DNA of 64,000 nucleotides from the human T2T-CHM13v2.0 reference genome, Homo sapiens, in the NCBI RefSeq assembly GCF_009914755.1, contig NC_060927.1; one strand, given 5' to 3'. A model generated the notes under the pieces. It saw only the letters and a program-made list of their open reading frames with translations. It did no database searches and was not told the DNA's origin. Of the stretch, positions 1-12,500 are shown one piece after another. Each line of letters opens with the position of its first letter. Positions within the stretch are counted from its first letter, which is position 1. The translations under genes were made by a program, and so were the position numbers.

Positions 1-95
1 ATATCATCACATGTATATATCTATCTACATAAAATGAAAGTTTATACTAAACATACTCATTTTGATTATTTTTCATCTTAATATGTCTTCAATGC

Positions 96-441
96 TGTCC
101 TAATCAGTTTAGGCTGCTATAACAAAATACCATAGGCTGGGTGGCTCATAAAAAACAGAAATTTGTTTCTCACAATTCTGGAGGGTGAGAAGTCCAAGGT
201 CAAAGGGCAAGCAGATTCTGTGTCTGGTAGGGCCAGCTTCCTAATGAAGAGCATCTTGTCATCTCATTTTAACCTCACATGGAGAAAGGGCAAGGTATTC
301 CTCATGGGCTTCTTTTATAAGGGCACTAACCCCTTCATGACCTAATCATGCCCCCAAAGGCCCTACCTTCCAATACCATCAATGTGGAGTGAGGATTTCA
401 ACATATGAATTTTTGAGAGACATAGCATTCAGATCACAGCA
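96..441 (-). mobile_element. MaLR solo LTR, MLT1A/MLT1A0-like
   Basis: Begins tgtcctaatcagtttaggctgctataacaaaataccatagg and ends catatgaatttttgagagacatagcattcagatcacagca, the reverse complement of MLT1A termini; ~350 bp. Confidence 0.85.
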
Positions 442-614
442 GATGTCTCTCCATATCGGCATATATAAATATTCTCCATTCCTTTTAGATACTATGAAGT
501 AGTGTTTTGTTTATATAACCATAAAAATTAGTTTACATGACCATAAAAATCAGTGTCTTGTAAATAAACACTGTGATTGTTTAAAGTTGTGTGCCATTAC
601 AATGCTACCAGGAG

Positions 615-860
615 GCTAGGCAGTTTAGGGTAAAAGCTGGGTCCAGGCCCTGTATCCATCCAGATGCCCTCATTCTAATTCTGCCTGTGTTAGTGACTAG
701 CAGGGGGGCTGGGGCAAGATAGGCCACCTCTGCTGCCTGATTTTTTCCATGTGCAAAATTGTGAAAGCAGTAGTGCCTAGCTAGCTGAATTAAAATTGGA
801 TGTTTAGTGCTCAAAGCATAATCTGGAACATTGCACGTAGTCAGTAAAAGCTAACTGTTG
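615..860 (+). mobile_element. MIR SINE (degenerate)
   Basis: Core-like ggggcaagataggccacctctgctgcctgattttttccatgtgcaaaattg. Confidence 0.6.
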
Positions 861-1029
861 GCTAGTTGTTATGTACCTATTTTAACATATTTGTAGGATA
901 AAATGATTCTACTTTTGAAATTACTTTGTCAAGTTCTGAAGGATATTTCAAATTGCTCTTGAAAATTTTCATTGCTACTGTTTCTTCAATCCATTTCAAT
1001 TTATGTAACTAAATTTTTGCTGACTTTCA

Positions 1030-1310
1030 TTAGTGAATTTAATTTTAATTAATTTATGTTAACGTGGATATCTGTTTTATTTTTAATATGCTTAAGTATG
1101 TCATATCTTTATTCCTGGTTTGTCTTTCTTGTTCTGTAAATTGCTTTTTCATGACTTGCGCTTCTTTTTCTATTGGGTGGTTTATTGCTATCTTATTAAT
1201 TTGAAAATTTTTTGTATGCAAAAAAATTACATTATCCAAATAAATCTCTTTGAAATACTCAGAAAAATTTGTATTTTGCCTGTATTTATTTACACTTTTT
1301 AAAATCATAC
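1030..1310 (-). mobile_element. Old L1M fragment
   Basis: ttctgtaaattgctttttcatgacttgcgcttctttttctattggg resembles antisense L1 ORF2 3' region. Confidence 0.5.
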
Positions 1311-1429
1311 ATATTTGCTTTATTTTTTGTTTCTAGAGTTAGTAGTAGGTTACGATATTCCTGTCTTTTCTGTTGATACTGTTTATAAGTACTTCGTTGA
1401 CTTTAGGTTTTAAGCACTCTAGAGCTTAT

Positions 1430-1670
1430 AAAATGATGTAAGTGGTGGGGTAGAGGATGCATGTGGGTGTGGCTACTTCCAGTAGAACATGCACAGAAGG
1501 CATCTCTGATGATGTGACATTTGAGCTATGAACTACAGATTGAGAATGAGCTGGCCATATGCAGAGAGAGAGGGGACAGGGAATGCAAAGACCTCAAAGG
1601 TCTTTTCTGTCTGAGCAACAGAAAAACCCCAGCATAGCTGAGCAATCTGTGTCTATGTGGAGAAATTGGC
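1430..1670 (-). mobile_element. L2 fragment
   Basis: gaaggcatctctgatgatgtgacatttgagctatgaact...gagctggccatatg is typical antisense L2 3' sequence. Confidence 0.55.
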
Positions 1671-1864
1671 AGAGATCTGCTCTAAAGGAAGCCTCAATCA
1701 CCACAGTTCTTGTACCTGGACTATTAGAGTGGCCTCTATCACAAGTGACCCACTGTCATGAACCCAGGGACCTACTAGCACAGAGTGCAGTCTGTGGTAT
1801 GAAAAAAAATTTGACTTCAAAATCAGAGCCAAAGGAAGTACAAAGCAAGATTTGTTGATTCTTT

Positions 1865-2100
1865 ATGAGATCACATGGACACAGGAAGGGGAACATCACA
1901 CTCTGGGGACTGTTGTGGGGTGGGGGGAGGGGGGAGGGATAGCATTGGGAGATATACCTAATGCTAGATGACGAGTTAGTGGGTGTAGCGCACCAGCATG
2001 GCACATGTATACGTATGTAACTAACCTGCACAATGTGCACATGTACCCTAAAACTTAAAGTATAATAATAAAAAAAAAAACATACACACCCACAAAAAAA
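1865..2100 (+). mobile_element. 5'-truncated young L1 3' end (L1PA2-like)
   Basis: gagatcacatggacacaggaagggg...ctagatgacGAGttagtggg (GAG, not the ACA/ACG of L1HS)...aaacttaaagtataataataaaa with poly-A. Confidence 0.92.
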
Positions 2101-3072
2101 TGAGAGAATATTTTTCCCAGTTAATGCAATAAGATGCATGCCATATCACATCACTCCATGAGAAATAATTTAGAATGAGAAACAAAAAGGGTACCCACAC
2201 TGGCATTTACAGGAAAATTCTCCATAACAACTTTTGTTAACAAGTGCATTATAGAAACTTACTATGAAATATAGCGTAATTGAATACTTCTAAGAAATAC
2301 AAAAACTATAATCTTTCTTGGTGGAAAGGTAAATAGGATTGTATAGCAAAGCACTCTGATGCTTGTAGCTATGCATAATTGACATGTGTGAAAAGGTGTC
2401 AGTGTGTGTGGTGTGTGTGTTATGAGAGTGTGTGTAGGTATAGGTGTGTTTCATAGACATCTCAGAAGAAACTTCCACAAGGTCTCACTAATCTGTTCCC
2501 TAGCTTTTGAATTCTATCAGCCAGAGACTCTTTGCAGTGTGCAGCTGATATCACTCATCAAGCTAGAACCCAGCAATGAATTTGTTTAATTAAGGTGAGA
2601 ACATTGTGTGCAATGGTCATGCTTAATCTCATAAATCAAAGGACTACTCATGATACTCTTTAGATTTTAAAGCAGAGTGTTTTCTCCAAGAACAGTGGCT
2701 AAACATAGACTAAATACCGATGGGAGAGTGACGAAACCCTGTCCGGAGTGCATTAGGAGTGGTAAATTGTACTGTTCCAAAGCAAGTTTTCTTGGGAACA
2801 CAACAGGGACCCTGAAACTGGATTTCCAGGCCTCTCAGGCAGGGTCAACCCTTTTGATTGAATCACTTTTGAGCGGGATCTTCAGAGTGAGTAATGCTGA
2901 ACATAAACCTGGAGCTCAGGGAGATGTACAGTCAGTTAAGGCAGGAATCAAGTTAGGTGTGAGGAACAAGCCCACATGTTGAGTTTAAGATGGACTAGCA
3001 AGACACGTTGACAGAAGCTATGACTAACAGCCCATATGAGGACTGTTTTCTTATCTGTTTGTTTATTTTGGC

Positions 3073-3653
3073 TGTGATGGTTAGTATTAGGTGTCAACTT
3101 GATTGGATTGAAAGATGCCTAAATAGCTGGTAAAGTATTGTTTCTGGGTGTGTCTGTGAGAGCGTTGCCAGAGAAGATTAACGTTTGAGCCAGTGGATGG
3201 GGGGAGGATCCACCTTCAATGTGAGCGGGCACCATCCAATCAGCTGTCAGTGAAGCTAGAACAAAGCAAGCAGAAGACGGTGGGATAAACGAGCTCGCTG
3301 AGTCTTCTGGCTTTCATCTTTCTCCTGTGTTGGATGCTTCCATCTGTTCCTCCTGCCCTTGGATGTCAGACTCCAGGTTCTTCGGCCTTCGGACTCTTGG
3401 ACTTACACGAGTTGTCTGCCAGGTGTTCTCAGACCTTCAGCCACAGACAGAGGCTACACTGTCAGTTTCCCTATTTTTGAGGTTTTTGGATTTGGACTGA
3501 ACCACTACTGGCTTCTTTCTTCCTCAACTTGCATACTGCCTGTAGTGGGACTTCGCCTTGTGGTCATGTGAGCCAATTCTCCTTAATAAACTCCCTTTCA
3601 TATATACGTGTATCCTATTAGTTCTGTCCCCCTGGAGAACCCTGACTAACACA
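3073..3653 (+). mobile_element. ERVL solo LTR, MLT2A2/MLT2B-like
   Basis: tgtgatggttagtattaggtgtcaacttgattggattga...gagaaccctgactaacaca; perfect 5-bp TSD TTGGC at 3068-3072 and 3654-3658. Confidence 0.92.
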
Positions 3654-4214
3654 TTGGCATATTGTATGTTTAGGGTATAGGTCTGCCAAGTTATGAGGGC
3701 CATGTAGTAACACATAGCAGATGTTGCCCTAAAAATTTAGGATATCAAAAGCCTGATAATTTCTCAATATCTGCTAATATAAAACATAATACTCATATAC
3801 AGTTTTTAAAATTATAGTCATAGTCAACTTCTGAAAATAGTACCCACTACCTCCAGGTCCCATACTAGGCTATGGAGGTGCTCAGTTTTCTCAGCCTCTG
3901 TGATTACGATAGGACACCTGGCCCTACTCACACCAGTGAAAGTCCTTGAGCTGGATCTCTGGGAAAGGGGGAGAGGGACCTTTGAAATACAAAGCCAAGA
4001 CTATCAGAAGCTCCTGTTATTCTTGGGAGACATTTCTACTGGAGAAGCAAACGAGACCTTCACAGAGCAAAGAAGAGAAATGAAAGATAGAAAAGGAGAA
4101 TGAGAATTACTGGAGCATTTCAGCCCTGGAACAGGCCATTCCTGAGATCATTTGCAACATGCCAACATTAGTTACACAAACCAATAATTGTGCTATTTTA
4201 CTTGTTTCTTTGCT

Positions 4215-4725
4215 TGAGTTTTCCTGAAATCAGAGCCTGAGATAAGGGCTCCCAGGTATTTTAATTGGAAAGTAATCCCAGGGAACAGGAGTGCAGGATA
4301 AGAGGTGGAGTGGGGAAGGAGAGGAAGGGGTAAAATTAGGATGCAGAATGAACCTGGCCTCCTCTATAGGAAACAGCCCATGCTCAATCCAGCCAAGAGC
4401 TTCTGAGTCACCTTATTAAGTGTTTTGCCAGACTGCCCACCTCTGAGCAGAAAGCAGGAAGCATTTATCCATTGGCTTCCTTCTCCATTGGTCAAGGGGT
4501 AGCCCCACCAGGCATTAATTTCCCTGGACTCCAAGTTGCACATGCAAGAGTATAGACATGGGCATCCCACACCATAGAGTTAAAGGAGCTTCAGGGCTAG
4601 AAGAGAGCATGCAGGTCACCAGAGGTGAGGCACCTTCTGAATGCACCTGGGTGAAATTGTCAGGCTCATGAAAACTGAAATAAGGGTAAATAACTTTGCA
4701 GTGACTCATGAGAGGTATCTGACAA
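4215..4725 (-). mobile_element. LTR16-family (ERVL) LTR
   Basis: cagagcctgagataagggct...ttaattggaaagtaatcccagggaacaggag resembles the reverse LTR16 terminus. Confidence 0.6.
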
Positions 4726-6577
4726 CCTTTGCAAACATAGGCCTCCTGGCCAATACAGTATGTGAACTTCTAGTTATTGTCAAAAAATTTATAACTAAAA
4801 TAATTTAGTTTTCTTCAAATGCTGATCACAGAAAGAATCAATAGATTTCTGGCCTGGTGTATTACCATGTGTTAACATCCTTAAAACATTTATCTCCTGT
4901 CAACAGTTTCTTAAAGTAAAGAGAAAACAGACATTTGCACTCATTCTTGTAGGAGAAACATAATCTAGCTATTTTCTGTGCTGGACTGCAGTCTCTGCCC
5001 GCTAAGAATCAGACCTTGAGGATAGAAAAGAAATTACAAAAAAAAAAAAAAAAAACTGATATTGAACCCTGTACTTTTCCTAAGAAAACTCCTGCTTATA
5101 TTGGCATTTTTCAAATTTTCAATTGGGAAATTTAGAGTTAGGAAATTATATTTCTGCTATTCTTTTAATATTAATGGACTACTTTATAAGCATGGAAAAA
5201 ATTCGGACACAATGACATTTTAATAACTCATTTATATTTGATATTAGCTTACATTAAATTAGTGTAACAGCCATCATTACAAGTCAATCAGACCCTATCC
5301 AGTTATGAAAAATCTCAGTAATCTTCATAAATAATATGTACATAGGCATTATATATGTATGTATATATGTATATAGACATTTATGTAAAACATATTTATA
5401 TGCATACATGTAGGTTTGTTTGTTTGTGTAAAATGTATGCAATATAAACCAAATGTCTTATCAGCCTTTGACAATAAATGCATATGTGAATTTCAATAGG
5501 CATCATTTTGATTTTATCTGCCAACCATAGCTGAGAGTCTCATTCCCCCAGAGACTACTGCACAGTTTTTAAACATGTTTTGCTTTTCAGTATATTTTCA
5601 CTTTTTAACCTAATTCTTACTGGGCTCAATTGTCTACACATTGGGGATATAATGCCAGCTGCTCTCATGCTCTTAAGAAGGACCTTACTACTTTGTCCCA
5701 AGAACCTCCATGTGTTGGTCAGGCTTTTTCCTCAGTTCTCCATAGGACAGGATTTTTATTTTGAAGTTATGGAAAGGTCAAGGATGTAGAAAGGCAAATT
5801 CTATCCAGAGAATAATTTCTTCCATTTTCACCTAATAATACATCCCTTGGAGACCTTCTGCAATTAACATATTAAAATTTACTTGATTACTTTCCAGTTA
5901 CTATATATGCACAGGGCATAGTTGCACATATGGAGCTGCTTCATTCATTTAAAAAGTACTGCCTTGCTACTAAATTGTATAGCATCATCATAATTGATTT
6001 AGTTTGTCACGTAATGATTGACATTAGATTACTTTAAGCTATTGCAAATAGCACTGCAATAAATGCCCTCTGTATACACAACTCTGTGTGTAAGATAAAG
6101 TTCTAGAAAGGCTATTGCCATGGCAGGATATGATTCGTGTGTGTGTGTGTGTATGACAGTTATATCAAAATCCCATCCAGAAATATTGTACCAGGTTATC
6201 CCCCACAAAGTTATTGTTACACATGGAGTAATACCTTAATACCTTTTGACATTTTCACAGTGTGATTAAAACTTAAATAGTAAAACTACAAAATAATAAA
6301 ATGAAAATTCAACAGTTTGAGTGACTGGTAGAAGTGCTGAGATCTAACTGACAGCTATTGTCAGTTCAGATAAGATTTGGCTGACAAATTTGATGCCAAG
6401 TTTATGAAAACAACTTTTTCATGATATTCTGGGTCCTTTTAGATGGCTCTAATGGAGCTGAAGTCCACACAAGGGCTGTTCCTCTTTAAGTTCACCTGTA
6501 CTCCTAGGGTACTGTTCATAGGACTCACATCCCAAAGTGGCAAGTGCTTTACCATGTTTCACCCTTTGGTAGGTCCT

Positions 6578-6943
6578 TGTCTTAGTCTGTTTGTGTTGCT
6601 ATAACAAAATAACCAAGATGGGGCAATTTATAAAGAACAGAAATTTATTCTCTCTGGAGGCTGAGAAGTCCAAGAATAAGGCACCAGCAACTGGTGAGGG
6701 TGTTCTTACTGCATCCTCATATGGTGGAAGGCAAAAGGGAATGAACTTTGTGGGCTCACATTGCAGGAGAGTGGAAGAAAGAGAACCCGCTCTCAAAGCC
6801 CTTTTTATAGTGGTATTCATCCATTCATGAGGGTGGTGCACTCATGATCTAGACACCTCCCATTAGGCCCCACTTTCTAACACTGTTGCACTGGGGATTA
6901 AGTGTTCAACACATGAATGCTAGGGACACATTCAACCACAGCA
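6578..6943 (-). mobile_element. MaLR solo LTR (MSTC/MSTD/MLT1A-like)
   Basis: tgtcttagtctgtttgtgttgctataacaaaata...gggacacattcaaccacagca; near-TSD gtcct/gccct. Confidence 0.85.
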
Positions 6944-6999
6944 GCCCTGGACTCTGACTTCTATTCTCTAAGTCACATGAAGTCACTAAATGCACACCA

Positions 7000-8380
7000 T
7001 AGCCTCTCACTCACTTGGATCAGCAAACTCCCTTTGTTTAGAAGCAGCACTGAATTCTCTGTTTCCATCTTTCTTGAGTATCAGGTTAGAATTTTTCGCT
7101 GTCTCTTAGCACATTACATATAAATGTTTTTTAAAGTTTTGCCCAGCTTTCATTTTTTTTCCATGGGATATGGTTGAATTAACTAGTTTTTCATTACCAT
7201 GTCCCCAAACTTTTCTTTAAAAAAGCATTTTCTAAATACTTGGTGTCTCTGGTACATAGAAAATAATTGGGATTTGCTTTGTAATCCAAATGTAAAATAT
7301 TTTTCTGGTAATTAGTGACTAAAGCTCATTGATATGTGCTAATATGCATATCATGTCAACAAATATCTTAATTTTTACTTTTTTCTATATATGACATATA
7401 TTAAAGTACTTTTATTATGTGTTCTGTTTTCTTTTTCAGTTTTATTACTTCTGATATTTAGAAGTTTGTACTTTTTGTTATTTATGTAGATATATTTAAA
7501 ATTTTATTATTATTGTCCTCTTTATTAATTTAATAGCTACTAATTTCTGAGTATTAGCAACAATAAAGTCAACTTACATATATTATGCCTCCTCTTGTCC
7601 CTCTCCTCTACCAATCAATATTCAGATAGTGGGATGCTCATAATTCTAGTTGTTGATTCATTATTTACCACTATTTTAAGATTTGTTTTTTGATCACTGT
7701 ACATCCTACATAGGTTTTAAAGTAAGTTACCATTGGAAGTTTTAGTAAATACATTTGATAATTCTTTGAAAAGAATTATAAAAACTACTGAAAGAAATGG
7801 TAGAAAAATCTAAGTAATTGTATATCTGTTGAAAACATTGAATTTTATTATTTACCACATGTAAGTAGTACATTTAGATTCCCATCTAATAGAGGGAGGA
7901 AATCAGAACACTTATTTGGCTCTCTCACTTATAAACCTGGTTATTTGTGGGAAGTCAGCTCTAGTCCAATTGTCACTGTTTTAAACTTTTATATTTTCTT
8001 TACCTTTGATATTCTATAGTTTCGATGTGATGTGTTTAGGTGTGGGCATTTTTATGTTTATCCTGTTGCTTGGAATTTATGCTTCTAGGATTTGTGGTTT
8101 TATCACTTTTGTCTGGAAAAGTTTCAGCCCATAGCTCTTCAAATATTGGCTCTTCCTTATTCTCTTTCTGTTCCCCTTTTGGAACTTGAGTTTCTTGTAC
8201 ACTTATTGTGTCCTTGATACCTTTGATTTTCTAATCTAAATTTAATTTTATTTTTTCTGTCTTTTATTATTTATTTCTTAAATTCAATTATATATATTAG
8301 TTCTCTTTGGTTCTTTTCAAACATGCTATTTAAAAAAAATTTATTTTTCACATTAATATTTTAACTTGGCTTTTACTATT
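7000..8380 (-). mobile_element. Degenerate old L1M fragments (including antisense ORF1 region)
   Basis: gatgtgatgtgtttaggtgtgggcatttttatgtttatcctg...ggaaaagtttcagcccatagctcttcaaatattg. Confidence 0.5.
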
Positions 8381-8489
8381 TGAACTTGGCAAATATAAAT
8401 ATCCAACAAACAAATAGGAATCAACAGATAAATGAGGAGACAAGATACTATGTATGAAAAACAGCAAAAAGAAGGCTGTGAAACATTGT

Positions 8490-9580
8490 CCTGGAACTCA
8501 TAGCCAGTTCCATAAGGCAAGAAAAATAAATAAAAGGCATAAATATTAAAAAGAAAGAAGCAAATGTTTTCAGGGAAGATATGATTTTAAACATAGAAAA
8601 CACTATGGAATCATTGTAGGTTTGTTTATTAATCTCTATACATTCTACAGAGATTCAACAGTATAATAAAAAGTTAGTACTAGGTGTTTTGTGAATATAT
8701 TTGACAATTCCTTGAAAAGCACCCTTATTAAAATGACTAAAAGAAATGATAACAAAATCTAAATAACCTTATATCTATTGAAAACATTGAATTTGTAATA
8801 ATATAAAATTTTCCTATGATGCTTCATAGGGGAGTTCTATCAATAGTTAAGGCAGAAATAAAACCAATCTTATAGCAAACTCTTTCAAGAAATGAAGGGA
8901 GGCCAGGTGCCGTGGCTCACACTTGTAATCCCAGCACTTTGGGAGGCTGAGGCGGGAGGATCATGAGGTCAGGAGATTGAGACCATCCTGGCTAACATGG
9001 TGAAACCCCGTCTCTACTAAAAATACAAAAAAATTAGCCAGGTGTGTTGGCGGGTGCCTGTAGTCCCAGCTACTCTGGAGGCTGAGGCAGGAGAATGGCC
9101 TGCGGAGCTTGCAGTAAGCCTAGATAGCGCCACTGCAGTCCAGCCTGGGTGAAAGATCGAGATTCCGTCTCAAAAAAAAAAAAAAAAGAAATGAAGGGGA
9201 ACATTTCCCAAACTCATTTTATGAAGACTGAACAGCCTTAATACTAAAATCTGACCCCAAAATTCCAAAAATAATAAGAATAATATTAAGGCCAGTGAAT
9301 AGAAACACAAAATTCCTTAAGAAAGCACTACCAAATTTACCCAGCAATATAAAGCATAAAACTTCTAAAGGAAGAAAAGAGAACCAAAAGAACCTAGAAA
9401 AGGCAAGAGCAATAAAAATCCATAATAAAATGGTAGATTTAAGTACAAACATATTGGTAATTATATTAAATATGAGTAGATAAATACTCCAGATTATTAT
9501 AAGTAACTATATGATGTTTAGAAAAGAAACTCCTTAAACATAAGTTAGAGAAATATTGATATTAAAAGAATTCAAAATAC
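8490..9580 (+). mobile_element. Old L1M(E) ORF2 fragments, interrupted by an AluY
   Basis: cataaggcaagaaaaataaataaaaggcataaatatt...gatatgattttaaacatagaaaac; aaaatggtagatttaagtacaaacatattgg resembles the ORF2 start. Confidence 0.55.
8901..9187 (+). mobile_element. AluY (Yk-like) with a short right-arm deletion
   Basis: gagaccatcctggctaacatgg; gatagcgccactgcagtccagcctgggtgaaaga; TSD aagaaatgaaggg on both sides. Confidence 0.95.
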
Positions 9581-9589
9581 CTACCTACT

Positions 9590-12500
9590 CCTATCTCTGC
9601 AACAACAAAAAAGCTGATCTAAAACTTAATGACTATTCTTGGATCCATTGGAGAGATGGAGTCACAGGGCTAACTGACACTGGGTAATCTAGAGAGATAG
9701 GTTAATCCAGAAAGTCACAGCTGAGATTGGCTCCAGACACTGCTAGAACCATAAATGGGTAGAAACATTTAAATGGTAGTTTTGACACAATTTTGGAGGC
9801 TGAGTGTGGACCAGAATGAGACTGAGAAACTTGTGGACCTGCAGTCTTATACACCTTTATACAGAGTATTAAACACACTTTCATGGGTTTTACCTGCAGA
9901 AACCACATCAGGCTCTAATGATGAAGAGCTGAGAAGATACCCTGTGGTTCTGGCAGGAGGAAGGGAAGAATAACCATTGTAAAATATACCCAGATCATTC
10001 TCCACAACAGACTTACTTTTAAGGTGAAAAGACTTTACCAGAGATGAAGACCATATGTCACATGGGGAAAAGTATTTCTCTCACTTCAGTGCCCTCTAGC
10101 TTTCCTGTCTCACCCAAGAAAAAGAAGGGAGGGAAGCTAAAAACACTTGTGAAGATCACAGCCTAACGCAGCAGGACTACTAAAGGGCTGAAATTTAACT
10201 ACAAGATTTAAGAATACTTTCCCTCCCTTGCCACCACACCCACAGAGTTCCAGTGTGATAACAGTGGATTATGGCTAGAATAGCTGCAAGTCATAGACTC
10301 TAAGAAGGAGTTCTCAGGGAAATCCAAAGACAATTGAGGAAGAAGGGAGACAAGGACACTAGAGGAATTTGAAGCACCTACAGATACTGTAAATAGTAAG
10401 CTCAACTGACTCCTAGATAGATTAACATAAGCTATCAAACTAAAGTCCTACTTACCTACTTCCTGTTACCAAGTACATCATGTTCAGCATTCAACAAAAA
10501 AAAATCACAAGGTATGCTAAAAGACAGAAACAAACTGCATGAAGAGACAGAGTAAACATCAGAACTATACTCAGAGATGATGCACATGTTGAAATTGTCA
10601 AAGAGACCATTTAAAATAAATATGATTAATATTTTAGGCATCTAAAGAAAAGTAGACATAAAAGAACAGAGAGCTAAGGTAAACAGAGAGATTTGAAACT
10701 CTAAGAAATAATCAAAACAAAATACTAGAAATCAAAAATGTTGTAAAATAAGTGAATGCCTCTGATGAGCTCATCAGTAGACTGGAGAAAGCAGAGGAAA
10801 CAATCAGTGGGCTTACAGATATGTCAGTAAATCCTCCCAAACTGAAATTCAGTGACAGAAAACAATGGAAAAAAAATAACAGAACATCCAAGAACTTTGG
10901 CATGATTTCCAAAGATTTAACATATGAATAATTGGAACACCAGAAGGATAGAAAATAATGGGGCAGAAAAAAAAAATTGAAGTAATTTATGGCTGAAAAC
11001 TTTTCAAAATAAATGGCAGACACCAAACCACAGATCCAGAAATCTCAGAGAACATCAAGCAGGATAAATAGCAAAAAGTCTACACTTAGGCATAACACCT
11101 TCCAACTGCAAAGGACAGAAAACAAAAATATCTTGAAAGATGCCAGAGAAAAAAGCCTTATCTATACAGTCAAGAAAATAAGAATCACTGGAAACTTCTC
11201 ATCAGAAACCATGCAAGGAAAAGGAAGAAGAGAGTAGAGTGAAATACTTAACGTTTTTAGAAAAAATTTTATCAACCTAAATTCTATATTCAGTGATAAT
11301 TTTCAAAAGTGAACGAGAAATAAATTAAGGAAATGTATTAACAATAAATTTGCCCTAAAAGGAATTCTTCAGGAAGAAGGAAAATGATATAGATCAGAAA
11401 TTTTCTTACATGAAGAAAAGTGATGAAAAAATGGTAAAATAAAATCTTTGTATTCTTAATTTACTAATAGATAATTGTGTAAGATAGTCATAGTAGCAAT
11501 GTATTAGATAATTATGACACATAGATAAGTGAAATGAATGACAATAATGTCATAAGAGATGTGAGGTGGTATAATGTTATTTGAAGGTATATTTAGATTA
11601 GTCAAAATGTATATGGCAAACTCTAGGACAACCATAACTTTTAAAATGAACTATAATTGTTAATAGCTATCAAGCCACAAAAACAAATGAATAAACCTTA
11701 AATGTACATAACTAAACGAAAAAAAAACCAGTTGTAAGGTTATATACTGTATGATTATAATTATATAACATTCTGGACAAAGAAAACTATAATGGTCAAA
11801 AGGTCAGTGGTTATCAGAGGTTCAGGGGGAGGTCAATAAGGCTGAAGAGTTGAAGCATGGGGAATTTTTTTTTAGAGTAGTGTAACTATTCTGTCATGTA
11901 ATGGTGGATACATGACACTATGCATTGACCAAAACCCACAGAACTTTACAGCACAAAGAGAAAATATTAATGTATACAAATTTTCAAAATAACTTAGTAG
12001 ATTAGGAAATCCCAGGATGAAATGTGGTATGTGACAAAATAATCTAACTGTTGTGCAAATGTATAAAACAACCACAGTGAAGGGGGTGGAGGAAAAGGTG
12101 CTTACCTAAGTAACTTTGGAAATTAGTAGAGTCTATAAAACTAAAGGAAAAAAAAACTGCACATAAAGGTCCTCCCCACCATGGGAGTATGAGTTAATAA
12201 TTCTGATGCTACTATGTAATTATACTGGAATAGGACAGTTAAATGGTTGGTAGATGGTGGGATCCTGGTTTCCTACTGTTGGCAAGGGAGTTTACAGATA
12301 AACTAGAGGAAGAGGCTAGAATGGTGTGTATAGTAATATATTAGAGTTGGAGACATCGGTATAAACTCATGCTTAGCTTAATATACATATATATGGCCAC
12401 ATATAAATATTTATAGATATAAGCAATACACAGGCTGATATACACACATGTATTTCCTTGCTCTGTCTGCTGAGAGGACCTATAGGCAACAAATACTCTA

